Positions 26,515 to 36,456 of a DNA stretch of 48,373 nt are shown in pieces. The number at the start of each line of letters is the position of its first letter. Position 1 is the stretch's first letter. The stretch comes from Candidatus Thorarchaeota archaeon (GTDB lineage Archaea; Asgardarchaeota; Thorarchaeia; Thorarchaeales; Thorarchaeaceae), in contig JAEOTX010000140.1 in NCBI GenBank assembly GCA_016839605.1, positions 1-48,373 of the forward strand, in the 5' to 3' direction. The position numbers were made by a program, and so were the translations under genes. The notes under the pieces are model-generated. The model did not search any database, was not told the origin of the DNA, and saw only the letters and a program-made list of their open reading frames with translations.

Positions 26515-27261
26515 ATGAGACTTGAAGGCAAGACTGCAATTGTGACTGGAGTGGGTGCAGGTATTGGAGAATCTACTGCTCGATTATTTGCAAGTGAAGG
26601 CGCTAGCATAGTAGGAAATGACATCTTGGATGAAGCTGAACGAGTCATCAATTCTATTCGCTCAGAAGGTGGAAATGCGGAATTCGTGAAGGGAGATGTT
26701 TCAGACATAAATGATGCTAAACAGATCATTGAAGCTGCCATCGATGTTTACGACAGGTTGGACATTCTAGTGAACAATGCAGGCATTGTCTTGCCTGGTC
26801 GAGTCGATAACACTAATCCTGAGGACTGGGACCGTACAATGGCTGTGAACGTACGTGGTCCATACTTGCTCTCAAAATTCGCATACCCCCATCTGAAAGA
26901 AACTCAGGGGGCTATAATTCATGTGGCATCTGTGGCCGCCTTGATGGGGCTGGGCAACCGAGCAGTATACACTGCCTCAAAGGGCGCGTTGACATCTCTA
27001 ACGCGTGCTATGGCAATGGACTACAAAGATGACAGGATACGTGTGAACTGTATCTGTCCGGGTACTACTGACACACCATCTCTAGCGGACCGACTGTCCC
27101 AATTACCAGACCCAGAGGTTGCTAGAAAGGAGTTCATCGAAAGACAGCCTATGGGTAGATTAGGAACTCCCGTGGAGATTGCAGAGGGCATTCTCTATTT
27201 AGCACTGGCTGAGTTCTGCACAGGGACTATCCTCTCCGTTGATGGAGGAATGTCGCTCTAA
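26515..27261 (+). CDS. Short-chain dehydrogenase/reductase (classical, NAD-type)
   Basis: TGVGAGIG, NNAG, YTASK, IRVNCICPG, VDGG. Confidence 0.95.
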   Translation: MRLEGKTAIVTGVGAGIGESTARLFASEGASIVGNDILDEAERVINSIRSEGGNAEFVKGDVSDINDAKQIIEAAIDVYDRLDILVNNAGIVLPGRVDNTNPEDWDRTMAVNVRGPYLLSKFAYPHLKETQGAIIHVASVAALMGLGNRAVYTASKGALTSLTRAMAMDYKDDRIRVNCICPGTTDTPSLADRLSQLPDPEVARKEFIERQPMGRLGTPVEIAEGILYLALAEFCTGTILSVDGGMSL

Positions 27262-27339
27262 TCTAAGAAGTCTAACTTCCTCAAATCGAATGGTATAAAC
27301 CAAATGTAGCATAACTCACATTGTCTGTCTTTCAAGTGG

Positions 27340-27831
27340 GTGTGCTTATTGGAGTTCATTGTGCAACCGATTGGGGTCATAAAGACATCATTTGAATCTG
27401 GAATGGAAATCCCGATCCAATCCAGCAAATCTGAAACCATTGGAGAGGCTATCATAGAGAATAAGTTCAAAGCTGGGTTAGACTCCCTCGACCTATTCTC
27501 TCATGTGATTCTCCTCTATTGGTTCCATCGTGCGAGCTTTGCTAAACCGAAGGTCGTACCTTATCTGGGTAAGAGTGAACGAGGTCTCTTCTCGACACGG
27601 GCACCCTCACGCCCAAATCCGATTGGCATTTCAATAGTTGAGCTTCTTGAAATCGAAGACAACCGTTTAGTGTTCAAGGGTGCAGACATGCTCAACGGTT
27701 CTCCATTGATTGACATCAAACCGTTTATCCCTGAATTTGACTGCAGACCTGATGCCAATTCAGGATGGCTAAGAGAATATCTGGATAAAGAAGGCCAGCA
27801 GTTTCTTGGTGATACCCGTTTTCAAGAGTAG
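27340..27831 (+). CDS. trmO: tRNA (m6t6A37) methyltransferase TrmO/TsaA family
   Basis: PIGVI, FSHVILLYWFH, GLFSTRAPSRPNPIGIS, DML.GSPLIDIKP. Confidence 0.9.
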   Translation: MCLLEFIVQPIGVIKTSFESGMEIPIQSSKSETIGEAIIENKFKAGLDSLDLFSHVILLYWFHRASFAKPKVVPYLGKSERGLFSTRAPSRPNPIGISIVELLEIEDNRLVFKGADMLNGSPLIDIKPFIPEFDCRPDANSGWLREYLDKEGQQFLGDTRFQE

Positions 27832-27890
27832 TGTTTGTCTCCATCTGAAACCAGAGAACCTATCAGATAGTCGCATGGATAGCAATCGAA

Positions 27891-29390
27891 ATGGTGGTGC
27901 CTAGGCTGCCAAGATTAGAACAGAGAGTTGTTGAAACGGTGAGAAACGCCCTCACTCTGGGGACCACACTCAAACAAATCGCTGCAGCCATTGATGAAGA
28001 TGTAGAGAAAGTTGCGGATTGTATGCAGAACCTGAGTAGCCGCGGCAAAGTTGTTAGAATGGGTCGAGGTCTGTGGATTCTGAAGCAATATGAGAGGATA
28101 GAAAATGATCCTGAATTCATCAGTCCCGCAGAGTATGCCAATAGATTCATAGCTGTGCATGGTCTGCATATATCTGACTATCATAGCGGCCCCATTACCT
28201 TCTCCGAAAACCATCACATGGAAAAACCAATTCAAAGATGGGCGCCTTATGTCCAAGGATTCTCTGCAAGTTTCGTAGATGAGATGCTACAACGCTTCAG
28301 TATTTCACCTGGTCAGACAGTTCTTGATCCCTTCGCAGGAAGTGGAACCGTTCTTGTCGCTGCCAAAATGAAGGGGATTGACGCTATCGGTGTTGACCTT
28401 GTACCACTCATGTCTTTTATGGCACGCACGAAGACTGAATGGGATTTGAATGTTGAAGAGATTCGAACCGCGTTTAGAGGGTTAAACTGGGCTCAAAATC
28501 CAACTATTCAATCACCAACATTTCTCAGGATGTGGGAATCTCATTTCAACAAGGATGTTCTGAGGAGCCTTCTAATCATCAAGCAGTCAATTCAAGATGT
28601 TGAAAATCCGAGGATTAAGAATCTGTTCAGGCTAGCACTGGCAAGTATCCTGGTTGATAATAGCAACCTGAAACGGTCTCCGTGCTTGGGCTATGCTAAG
28701 GAAAAGAATGTGGCAGCAGACGCTCCTTTTACTACCTTCTCTAAGAAAGTAGATGATATGATTCAAGACTTCATGTATGTTAAAGGTCGAGCACATGGTT
28801 CTGTCAACGTGATTACCGGAGACTCGAGAAGCATAAGATACGAGCCTGAGTCTATCGATATTGCCATCACAAGCCCTCCCTACGTGAATGGCCTCGATTA
28901 CATAATCAACTACAAGATTGAAATGGCTTGGCTAGATATGGTCGATAGCTATGATGATTTGAGCAAATTGAAGGATGACATGGTGGCTTGTGATAATATA
29001 TCCAGGGCCATTATCCGGGACTTCTCCGAGAGGGAGGATACCTATAGAGATGAATGGCTAGATGACATAACCAATCGGATATGCAGCCGCATTGAGTCCA
29101 AAGCGGGCTATAGACGAAGAGACATGCACAATGTCGTGCGTAAGTATTTCGATGATGTGTATCATGTCTTCAGAAATGTATACGAGGGCCTCAAAAAGGA
29201 AGGACGCTTTGCCATTGTCATCGGTGACTCACTTATTGCAGGAGTATATATCCCTGCAGATCTCATCCTAGCACGGGTGGGGAAATCTATTGGTTTCAAA
29301 ATTGAATCCGTCGAAGTAGCTAGGTCTCGTCGTTCAGGACAACGAAGATCATTCAAACTCAGGGAAAGTATAGTCATCCTATCAAAATGA
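27891..29390 (+). CDS. Amino-DNA methyltransferase (SPPY type) with an N-terminal winged-HTH
   Basis: Motif I DPFAGSGT, motif IV TSPPY; N-terminal TTLKQIAAAI....V...MQNLSSRGKVVRMGRGLW. Confidence 0.88.
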   Translation: MVVPRLPRLEQRVVETVRNALTLGTTLKQIAAAIDEDVEKVADCMQNLSSRGKVVRMGRGLWILKQYERIENDPEFISPAEYANRFIAVHGLHISDYHSGPITFSENHHMEKPIQRWAPYVQGFSASFVDEMLQRFSISPGQTVLDPFAGSGTVLVAAKMKGIDAIGVDLVPLMSFMARTKTEWDLNVEEIRTAFRGLNWAQNPTIQSPTFLRMWESHFNKDVLRSLLIIKQSIQDVENPRIKNLFRLALASILVDNSNLKRSPCLGYAKEKNVAADAPFTTFSKKVDDMIQDFMYVKGRAHGSVNVITGDSRSIRYEPESIDIAITSPPYVNGLDYIINYKIEMAWLDMVDSYDDLSKLKDDMVACDNISRAIIRDFSEREDTYRDEWLDDITNRICSRIESKAGYRRRDMHNVVRKYFDDVYHVFRNVYEGLKKEGRFAIVIGDSLIAGVYIPADLILARVGKSIGFKIESVEVARSRRSGQRRSFKLRESIVILSK

Positions 29391-29470
29391 AATTTCACTA
29401 TGAAAGGTTATATCGATGTGAATGTGTAGCTCAAAGACAGAAATTGGGGACATATTAGTTGAGTAGTCGA

Positions 29471-29980
29471 ATGAAATCATATGCACAGGTTTTGGCAATC
29501 ATTGCGGTTTCTTTCATTCTATCCTATCTGTTCTATACAACTGGAAGTTTTGCTGTTTCTGCCAATCATAGTTCACGGGTTGAAGCATCAGGTTGGAGAT
29601 ATTATCAGGTATGGGCAATTGAGAACGACACTATGTCAGGAAGTCTTGAGGTCACCACTGACGGTGTCATTGACTTCTATTTTATGACTGAGAGTAATTA
29701 TAGATACTGGACTGGAAGTGGCGGCAATACTGGATCGTTATATCAGAGAACCGGGGTTGAAATGTTGGAATGGAGCGTGTCGATTCCTACCGATGGTATC
29801 TATTTCGTCATATATAGCAATAGGGGCAACTCTGTATCAGAAAATGTTCAAGCCTCCCTCCATGTGACAACTTCAAGATCCCTACTCTGGCCGGTTATTG
29901 CAACAGGGGCCATTCTAACGGCTGCAATCCTGATTTGCATGACAACAATTCGACGAGTAAAAGATACACTGACTCTTTGA
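29471..29980 (+). CDS. Small membrane protein with a beta-sandwich (GOLD-like) between two TM helices
   Basis: Hydrophobic N- and C-termini; IDFYFM....Y..W and DGIYFVIYSN pattern. Confidence 0.6.
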   Translation: MKSYAQVLAIIAVSFILSYLFYTTGSFAVSANHSSRVEASGWRYYQVWAIENDTMSGSLEVTTDGVIDFYFMTESNYRYWTGSGGNTGSLYQRTGVEMLEWSVSIPTDGIYFVIYSNRGNSVSENVQASLHVTTSRSLLWPVIATGAILTAAILICMTTIRRVKDTLTL

Positions 29981-30025
29981 AGCAGTACTGTTGCCAAACG
30001 AATGAAATCCCGATCTGCGTATTTT

Positions 30026-30496
30026 CTAGGCAATTGCAATTCTGTGTGGAACGTAATCTGTCATCTGCACTTCTTTGTCAAGTAGTCGTAGTCCCATGAC
30101 GATTTGGCCCCGATGATAGGCTGCATGGTTGACGAGGTGGAACAGGATCTCGTCAAAGTTGATGGTAATGTCTTTCCCTTTGTTATCGATTGTAATCTTG
30201 TCCACAGTCCTGTCATCGATCATTTTAAGGAATCTATGGACATAGTCCGTAAGAAACTTGAACAGGGCATCTCTACTCATTTCTACGAAGTCAGGTTCAT
30301 CCTCTGGACTCTTGTCAATCCAATCGTGGTACCATTCCCACGTGTCCTGTGCAAGATGGATGTATCGCTTTCTGATGCTGCCGCCGCCTTCTCCGAAAGA
30401 TCTATCGAATTCCTCGTTGCTCAGCTTCTGGACAATACCCCAGATTGTATTGTCCGCCCAAATGAGATACTGGCCCATTCTCTCTAGAAGGTTCAT
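30026..30496 (-). CDS. DinB family protein
   Basis: WADN..W, SI....IHLA, ILFHLVNHAAYHRGQI. Confidence 0.9.
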   Translation of the reverse strand: MNLLERMGQYLIWADNTIWGIVQKLSNEEFDRSFGEGGGSIRKRYIHLAQDTWEWYHDWIDKSPEDEPDFVEMSRDALFKFLTDYVHRFLKMIDDRTVDKITIDNKGKDITINFDEILFHLVNHAAYHRGQIVMGLRLLDKEVQMTDYVPHRIAIA

Positions 30497-30537
30497 ACCG
30501 ACATTGCTGTGAATCATCCACATAAACGTCCGGTTAA

Positions 30538-31878
30538 TCATGTCAGCTCGAAACATCGACTTAGGGATGCTCTATTTCCAGAGGAATCCACTGCAGTCAC
30601 TGTGCAGTCATAACATCCAGGCTCTAATTCAAAGACGACACGACCAAAGGTGCGGTTTGACCAGAATACGGGATTGAGAACGCTCTGAAAACTGAACAAC
30701 TCGCCGTTGCCATAGATCGTCATGTTCACATCGTAAACGAGGCTCTCCCTATCGTACACATCGGCCATGAAGGCAACTCCTTCTTCAGTAGCAAATGTCC
30801 GGAAGTTCTCTATCACTGGTTTTGATGAGTCCTCAGAGATGATTGGAATCACCTTGATCTTCTGACCATGCGGAGCGGAGTCCAACAGGATATACTTTCT
30901 AGCTTCCTCTTCTATCATGAAGAACCTGTGAGAGATCTTGCCCCCATCTGTGACGCTTACATCATTCCAAGATGCAGGTATCTCAATTCGATAGGTGATT
31001 GGTATACCATATCCGAACTCACTCCCAATTGTCGTCACGAACGAAACCATGCCATCAGTGCTTACATGTTTCTTAATGCAGACATTGTTTCTCTCAATTT
31101 GATAAGCAACAGCCTCTCCCCAACTTGTATACCATGTGTCATTTCTATGGGCAATTTCTTGAAGCGCCTCGAAGAATTCATTTCTCTCGCTGTCGCTGAA
31201 CCACCTCGAGTGTCCATAGCATTTGTATGCGCGATGGTCACTATTTTCATTTGAAACCATCTGATTAAAAGAACTGATGAGACTGCGTATTGTAGACCCC
31301 TGAACTCCATGAACACTAGGAAATGAATGTAGGGCATTACTTGGATGTTGGATGGGCCATGAGCCAAGACTATCTCCAGTTTCGTAGGAGATACCTCTGG
31401 CTATCTTGAAGTATTTCTGTGCAATCTCTTGGACAGCTTGGTTCTGAGATCCGTATGGGTATGCAAACAGGATAGGCGTATACTCATAGACGTCTTCAAT
31501 GTCTTCAATACTCTGCTGGAGGAGTTCCTCACAGTATGAGAGGTTGATTGAAGCATAATGCACATGTTCTCTTGAGTGCGACTGAATGTCATGACCACGA
31601 AATAGCATATCTAGTCCCCAGAGCTTTCTGCCCTGAATACGGCTCGTAACTGCGAATGTTGTATGTCGAAATCCCAGTTCATCCTCAAGGAATGAGAACC
31701 GCAGATCATCTCCTCCATCATCCCATGAGAACATGAATGCATACTGCTTTCCACCCCTGAATACATCCACTGTTGGTTCATCTAGGAATATCAGGCCGCC
31801 CGAACCCACTATCTGAATGAACTCTAAAGAGAGCACTAGGATAAGGATGACTGTAAATGCACATTTCTTGGTTCTCAT
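30538..31878 (-). CDS. Secreted polysaccharide deacetylase (CE4-like) with a C-terminal beta domain
   Basis: Signal peptide, SWDDG, GHDIQSHSREH, FAYPYG, D.WY.SW. Confidence 0.85.
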   Translation of the reverse strand: MRTKKCAFTVILILVLSLEFIQIVGSGGLIFLDEPTVDVFRGGKQYAFMFSWDDGGDDLRFSFLEDELGFRHTTFAVTSRIQGRKLWGLDMLFRGHDIQSHSREHVHYASINLSYCEELLQQSIEDIEDVYEYTPILFAYPYGSQNQAVQEIAQKYFKIARGISYETGDSLGSWPIQHPSNALHSFPSVHGVQGSTIRSLISSFNQMVSNENSDHRAYKCYGHSRWFSDSERNEFFEALQEIAHRNDTWYTSWGEAVAYQIERNNVCIKKHVSTDGMVSFVTTIGSEFGYGIPITYRIEIPASWNDVSVTDGGKISHRFFMIEEEARKYILLDSAPHGQKIKVIPIISEDSSKPVIENFRTFATEEGVAFMADVYDRESLVYDVNMTIYGNGELFSFQSVLNPVFWSNRTFGRVVFELEPGCYDCTVTAVDSSGNRASLSRCFELT

Positions 31879-32089
31879 TCTGCCTGACCTTCTATCCACT
31901 AGTTGCTTGATTCACTGATCTTGATGCCGCGTGCCGGGTGTCCTTCACCCGCCGCGCGTGTCTTGTTTCACCAAAAGGAAAGCGTTACTTCCGATTTCAG
32001 AAGCGACTTTCCCCACACCGAGCCACAATGGGGATTTTGAAATTCTACATTGATGCAGGGGCCGTCAAGTCGAGTTCCGACGTGGTTTT

Positions 32090-32105
32090 CATTGTCAGCA
32101 CCCTG
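32090..32105 (+). repeat. Repeat block B, degenerate copy 7
   Basis: CATTGTCAGCACCCTG vs CATTGCTGAGCACCCTG; intergenic and in the same orientation. Confidence 0.5.
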
Positions 32106-32256
32106 AATCATACTACTCCCAATTTGATAATATGCTACGCATTGAACACATATGTCCAAGAACTAGTACACATACCCTGTCCCTTGTTCAAAATCTCGAA
32201 CACACCAATCTCCCAATCCGATAGATTAAGTTGACTTCCCCCACTCTTTGGAGGCC

Positions 32257-33294
32257 ATGAAACTCACTCCGAAACAGAAGGAACGTTACTCGCGGATGCT
32301 TTCCCTCCACGATTTCTCAGAAACCGAAATGGAGTCAATAGCTGCAACAACTGTTTCCGTAGTGGGCGCAGGTGGTCTGGGCAGTCCGGCCCTCCGCTTA
32401 TTGACAGCCATTGGATTTGGTAAGATACGAATAATCGATCGAGATGTTGTTGAGTTGTCTAATATTCAAAGGCAAACAGTGTATCACACTGTTGATATTG
32501 GCATGCCCAAAGCTGAGGCTGCTGCTGCGAATCTTGCATTGCTCAATCCGAATGTTGAGTTTGAACCTATCAGTGCATCTCTTGCTGAGGATAATGCTAG
32601 AACTCTCCTTGACGGGTCTGAAATCATAGTTGATGGCCTTGACTCTTTCAAAACCAGATTCGCTGTGAATCGTGCTAGTGTGTCATTGAAGATTCCCTAC
32701 GTGTTCGCTGGAGCGATAGAGTATCACAGTAACCTGAGTACCTTCATCCCTGACAAGACTGGCTGTCTTCATTGCCTTTCAGGGGACGCGCAGGACAATA
32801 CCGACTATACCTGTGCGAATGTAGGAGTGACGCCTGAGCTTCTCTCCGTTGTAGCATCAGTACAGGTGAGAGAAGCAGTTCTTCTTGCAATAGGACAGGA
32901 ACCTCGCCTAGCGAATCGTCTCATGTTCATCGATGTGGCATCATTGAGCTTTGACTTCTTTGACATCGGTCGAGATGATGCCTGCCCGGTCTGTTCAGCG
33001 AATGCAACTCAGTCATTGGTAACACAGTCTGAAGTCCCAAGAGTGACTACTTTGTGTTCAGGCACTTTCAATTTGACTCCTGGATCACCAATTGAGATTG
33101 ATTTGGACTCGATAGCAGAACGACTTGGAAGTTCATATGAAATCGAACAGGCTAAGAGATGGCTCAAGATTCTTGGGCAATCTGGAGTGGAGGTGACTCT
33201 CATGCCACAGGCAAATGCAATAGTCAAGGGAGTCAAGTCAGAACAAGAGGCTCTTGAGATATATCAGGAGATTCTGATGGACTTGAAAAGATAA
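32257..33294 (+). CDS. ThiF/MoeB/HesA family adenylyltransferase (E1-like)
   Basis: RYSR, VVGAGGLGS, DRDVVELSNIQRQ, CLHC, TCANVGV, CPVC, plus a C-terminal LCSG extension. Confidence 0.92.
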   Translation: MKLTPKQKERYSRMLSLHDFSETEMESIAATTVSVVGAGGLGSPALRLLTAIGFGKIRIIDRDVVELSNIQRQTVYHTVDIGMPKAEAAAANLALLNPNVEFEPISASLAEDNARTLLDGSEIIVDGLDSFKTRFAVNRASVSLKIPYVFAGAIEYHSNLSTFIPDKTGCLHCLSGDAQDNTDYTCANVGVTPELLSVVASVQVREAVLLAIGQEPRLANRLMFIDVASLSFDFFDIGRDDACPVCSANATQSLVTQSEVPRVTTLCSGTFNLTPGSPIEIDLDSIAERLGSSYEIEQAKRWLKILGQSGVEVTLMPQANAIVKGVKSEQEALEIYQEILMDLKR

Positions 33295-33380
33295 TGAGTA
33301 CGGTTGTGCAGGCTTGTCATCCCTACTTTATATTAGGCGGATGAATATTATGAGATTTCTTCGAAGGATGTTGAATTCCA

Positions 33381-35336
33381 ATGGACAAGACCTTTGAGTT
33401 CGGTGGCGAGATTGTCTGGCACCCTACATCTGACTATGTAGAGAATGCGCGTTTGACCAAATTCATGCAGCTGCATGGAATAGGTGATTTTGGCGAACTA
33501 ATGAGCCGCTCAACGGAGGATGTCGCATGGTTCACAGATGCGGTTTTGAAGTATCTCGATATTCAGTTTCATGAGCATTATGAAAAGGTTGTAGACTTGT
33601 TCAGAGGCATTGCATGGCCACAATGGTGCATTGGTGGAAAGATGAATATCGCTCACAACTGCCTTGACAAGTACATTGGGACGCCTGTCGAATCTCAAGA
33701 CGCATTGATTTGGGAGGGTGAAAATGGCGAAACACGATCGATGAGCTACGGGGAGCTGTATCTTGAAGTCAACAAGACTGCTAATGCCTTGATGTCGCTT
33801 GGGCTTGGAAAGGGTGACGCAATCGGCCTGTTCATGCCAATGGTTCCTGAGATTGCAGTCGCGCTACTCGCAATTGCTAAAATTGGGGGCATAATCCTAC
33901 CTCTGTTCTCCGGATTCGGAGAGAGTGCCATTGTGGATAGATTGGCAGATGCTGATGCAAAAGCCCTGTTCACAGTTGATGGTGCGTTTCGAAGAGGGAA
34001 GATTATTCCCATGAAGCCAGTCGCGGATAAGGCCGCGGAGCGAATTCCCACTTTGGAGCACATGATTGTGCTTAACAGAACTAATAATCCTGTGAACATG
34101 GAGGAGGGGCGTGACTACAGGTGGACAGAACTAGTATCATCGCAACCAAATTCTTTCCCGACTGAGATGACTGATGCCGAAGACCCTCTGATGATAATCT
34201 ATACATCCGGAACAACTGGTCTTGCAAAGGGAGCAGTGCACACTCATTGCGGATTTCCAATAAAGGCCGCTCAAGACATGGCTTTCGGTACTGATCTTTA
34301 TCCTGGTCAGACTATCTACTGGATGACTGATATGGGCTGGATGATGGGACCTTGGCTTGTCTTTGGGTCGTTGATTCTTGGAGCAACATTCTTTCTATTT
34401 GACGGGGCTCCCGACTACCCAGGTCCTGGTCGTCTCTGGGAAATGGTTTCACGGCACAAAATCGCAGTGCTTGGTGTTTCACCTACACTCATCCGGCTTC
34501 TAATGACTCATGGAGAGGGGCCTGTTGAAAAACACGACCTATCATCACTTCGCTTCTTTGCTTCTACTGGAGAACCTTGGAATCCTGGCCCTTGGATGTG
34601 GCTATTTGAAAAGGTCGGAAGAAAACGAATACCAATCATAAACTACTCAGGCGGCACGGAAGTGTCTGGAGGAATAGTCATGGGCAATCCATTACTTCCT
34701 CTCAAGGCTTGTGCATTCTCAGGGCCCTGTCCTGGGATTGCTGCCGATGTCTTAGATGAGAATGGTCAACCGGTCAGAAATCAGGTTGGAGAGCTTGTCA
34801 TCAAGGCGCCTTGGATTGGCATGACACGTGGTTTCTGGAAGGACCCCAAACGATACGAAGACACCTACTGGTCACGTTGGCCGAATGTATGGGTGCATGG
34901 GGACTTCGCCGCCATTGATGCTGATGGTCTGTGGTATATTCTGGGCCGGTCAGACGATATAATCAAGATAGCGGGAAAGCGCTTCGGACCGGCAGAGGCA
35001 GAATCAATCATTGTAAGCCATCCTGCAGTGACAGAGGCTGCAGCCATTGGGGTTCCTCACAAGATCAAGCTAAACGAACTTGTAGTCTTCTGCGTTCTGA
35101 TGCCTAGTACTAACCCATCTGATGCATTGAGAAAGGAATTGAGGCAGATGGTTGCTGAAGCTATGGGCAGGCCGCTTACTCCAAAGGATGTCCTCTTCGT
35201 TAGTGACCTCCCAAAGACTCGCAATGCAAAGGTGATGAGACGCATGATACGCGCCGCATACTTGGGAGAGGACCCAGGTGACACTGCTTCACTTGTAAAT
35301 CCCGAGGCGGTCGAGGAGATTCGTAGAGCCAAGTGA
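33381..35336 (+). CDS. AMP-forming acetyl/acyl-CoA synthetase
   Basis: NIAHNCLD, YTSGTTGLAKG, STGEPW, GRSDD, LPKTRNAKVMRR. Confidence 0.93.
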   Translation: MDKTFEFGGEIVWHPTSDYVENARLTKFMQLHGIGDFGELMSRSTEDVAWFTDAVLKYLDIQFHEHYEKVVDLFRGIAWPQWCIGGKMNIAHNCLDKYIGTPVESQDALIWEGENGETRSMSYGELYLEVNKTANALMSLGLGKGDAIGLFMPMVPEIAVALLAIAKIGGIILPLFSGFGESAIVDRLADADAKALFTVDGAFRRGKIIPMKPVADKAAERIPTLEHMIVLNRTNNPVNMEEGRDYRWTELVSSQPNSFPTEMTDAEDPLMIIYTSGTTGLAKGAVHTHCGFPIKAAQDMAFGTDLYPGQTIYWMTDMGWMMGPWLVFGSLILGATFFLFDGAPDYPGPGRLWEMVSRHKIAVLGVSPTLIRLLMTHGEGPVEKHDLSSLRFFASTGEPWNPGPWMWLFEKVGRKRIPIINYSGGTEVSGGIVMGNPLLPLKACAFSGPCPGIAADVLDENGQPVRNQVGELVIKAPWIGMTRGFWKDPKRYEDTYWSRWPNVWVHGDFAAIDADGLWYILGRSDDIIKIAGKRFGPAEAESIIVSHPAVTEAAAIGVPHKIKLNELVVFCVLMPSTNPSDALRKELRQMVAEAMGRPLTPKDVLFVSDLPKTRNAKVMRRMIRAAYLGEDPGDTASLVNPEAVEEIRRAK

Positions 35337-35398
35337 TGGGTCTTTGGCGAGGATTTACTAGCGTCTTTGTGAAATACCAGGAACGCAGAGGGAGATAA

Positions 35399-36358
35399 TT
35401 GGCAATCGATCAAGAAACTGTAAGAAAGAGTGCTAGAATCGAGGAGATTGCAACCAGCTCGGCCATACCAAGAGTATTGCGGATTGACAGCGAACACCTT
35501 CTCCCTTCTACCTACATCGTCGAGTCCTCCAGTGCACTGCAGATTCTGCTTGAGCCTTGGATGGTGGGTGCCCGACTAGCTACCTTCGCACGGGAAAGCA
35601 GTATTGACTTCATTCGTGCGGCATTCAATCTTGTTCCAGAGTTTCAGGAATCATCATTGAGTTCTGTCACAGAAGTCGTGCCTCTGGCTGGTGCTCTCTA
35701 TTACAGCATCGCTGAGGCCTTTGACAGGGTTTTTGGAAACACTATTAGTCGCTGCTTCATCGGTGCGCGACGACATCTTACTCCCACTGGTTGGAAGACT
35801 GATCTGTCTTACAAGAACTTCGAAGCACTCTCTCCCAGCCCTGTGATACTCATTGGTGATACTATTGCAACAGGTGGTACAGTGGAGAGCATCATCGAAG
35901 CCACAATGAACGAGGCGTCAGACGTTCGTACAATTATAGTCTACTCCATTGCAGGTGGACTCCAGGGAGCAATACGTTTGAAGGAGCTCGCAGATAAGAT
36001 CGAACTCCCAATATACACCTTTTACTCGAATGCAATCTTTGGTGTTGAAGAGAACGGAACCGACATGCCTTGGTTGCATCCTGGAACAATAACTGCTCCT
36101 GAAATCCGTAAACAGGCCGAGGAGGCATACGGGTCTGACTTGGCTCGCCGCTGGTGCTGCATCTGGGATTGGGGCGACCGAGCAAAACATCCGCTGAGAC
36201 ATCTCGAGGAATTGCTTGAGAGATGCAACAATGAACTGATTTCAATTGAAGATGGCAAGACCAGCAAAGTGTTGAATGATATTAAGGATGAAGCTGTTAC
36301 AGCGATTGAACAGTGGAGGTCACCATTATCCGTATCAGTAGAAGGTTCGGTTCATTAA
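35399..36358 (+). CDS. Divergent type I phosphoribosyltransferase-like protein
   Basis: PRPP loop VILIGDTIATGGT; C-terminal WDWGDR resembles the UPRTase GD.GDR. Confidence 0.65.
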   Translation: MAIDQETVRKSARIEEIATSSAIPRVLRIDSEHLLPSTYIVESSSALQILLEPWMVGARLATFARESSIDFIRAAFNLVPEFQESSLSSVTEVVPLAGALYYSIAEAFDRVFGNTISRCFIGARRHLTPTGWKTDLSYKNFEALSPSPVILIGDTIATGGTVESIIEATMNEASDVRTIIVYSIAGGLQGAIRLKELADKIELPIYTFYSNAIFGVEENGTDMPWLHPGTITAPEIRKQAEEAYGSDLARRWCCIWDWGDRAKHPLRHLEELLERCNNELISIEDGKTSKVLNDIKDEAVTAIEQWRSPLSVSVEGSVH

Positions 36359-36456
36359 TTTCAGATGGTGCTATACTTTTGTCAAAAAAAAATGATATGA
36401 ATCATATTTCTTATTAAGAGGGAAGTTTTGTTACGGCGCTTAACCCAAAATTGGGG

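Noticed and set aside
31938-32234. 98-aa and 63-aa ORFs in the intergenic gap
   Set aside because: No SD, no recognisable motifs and atypical composition.
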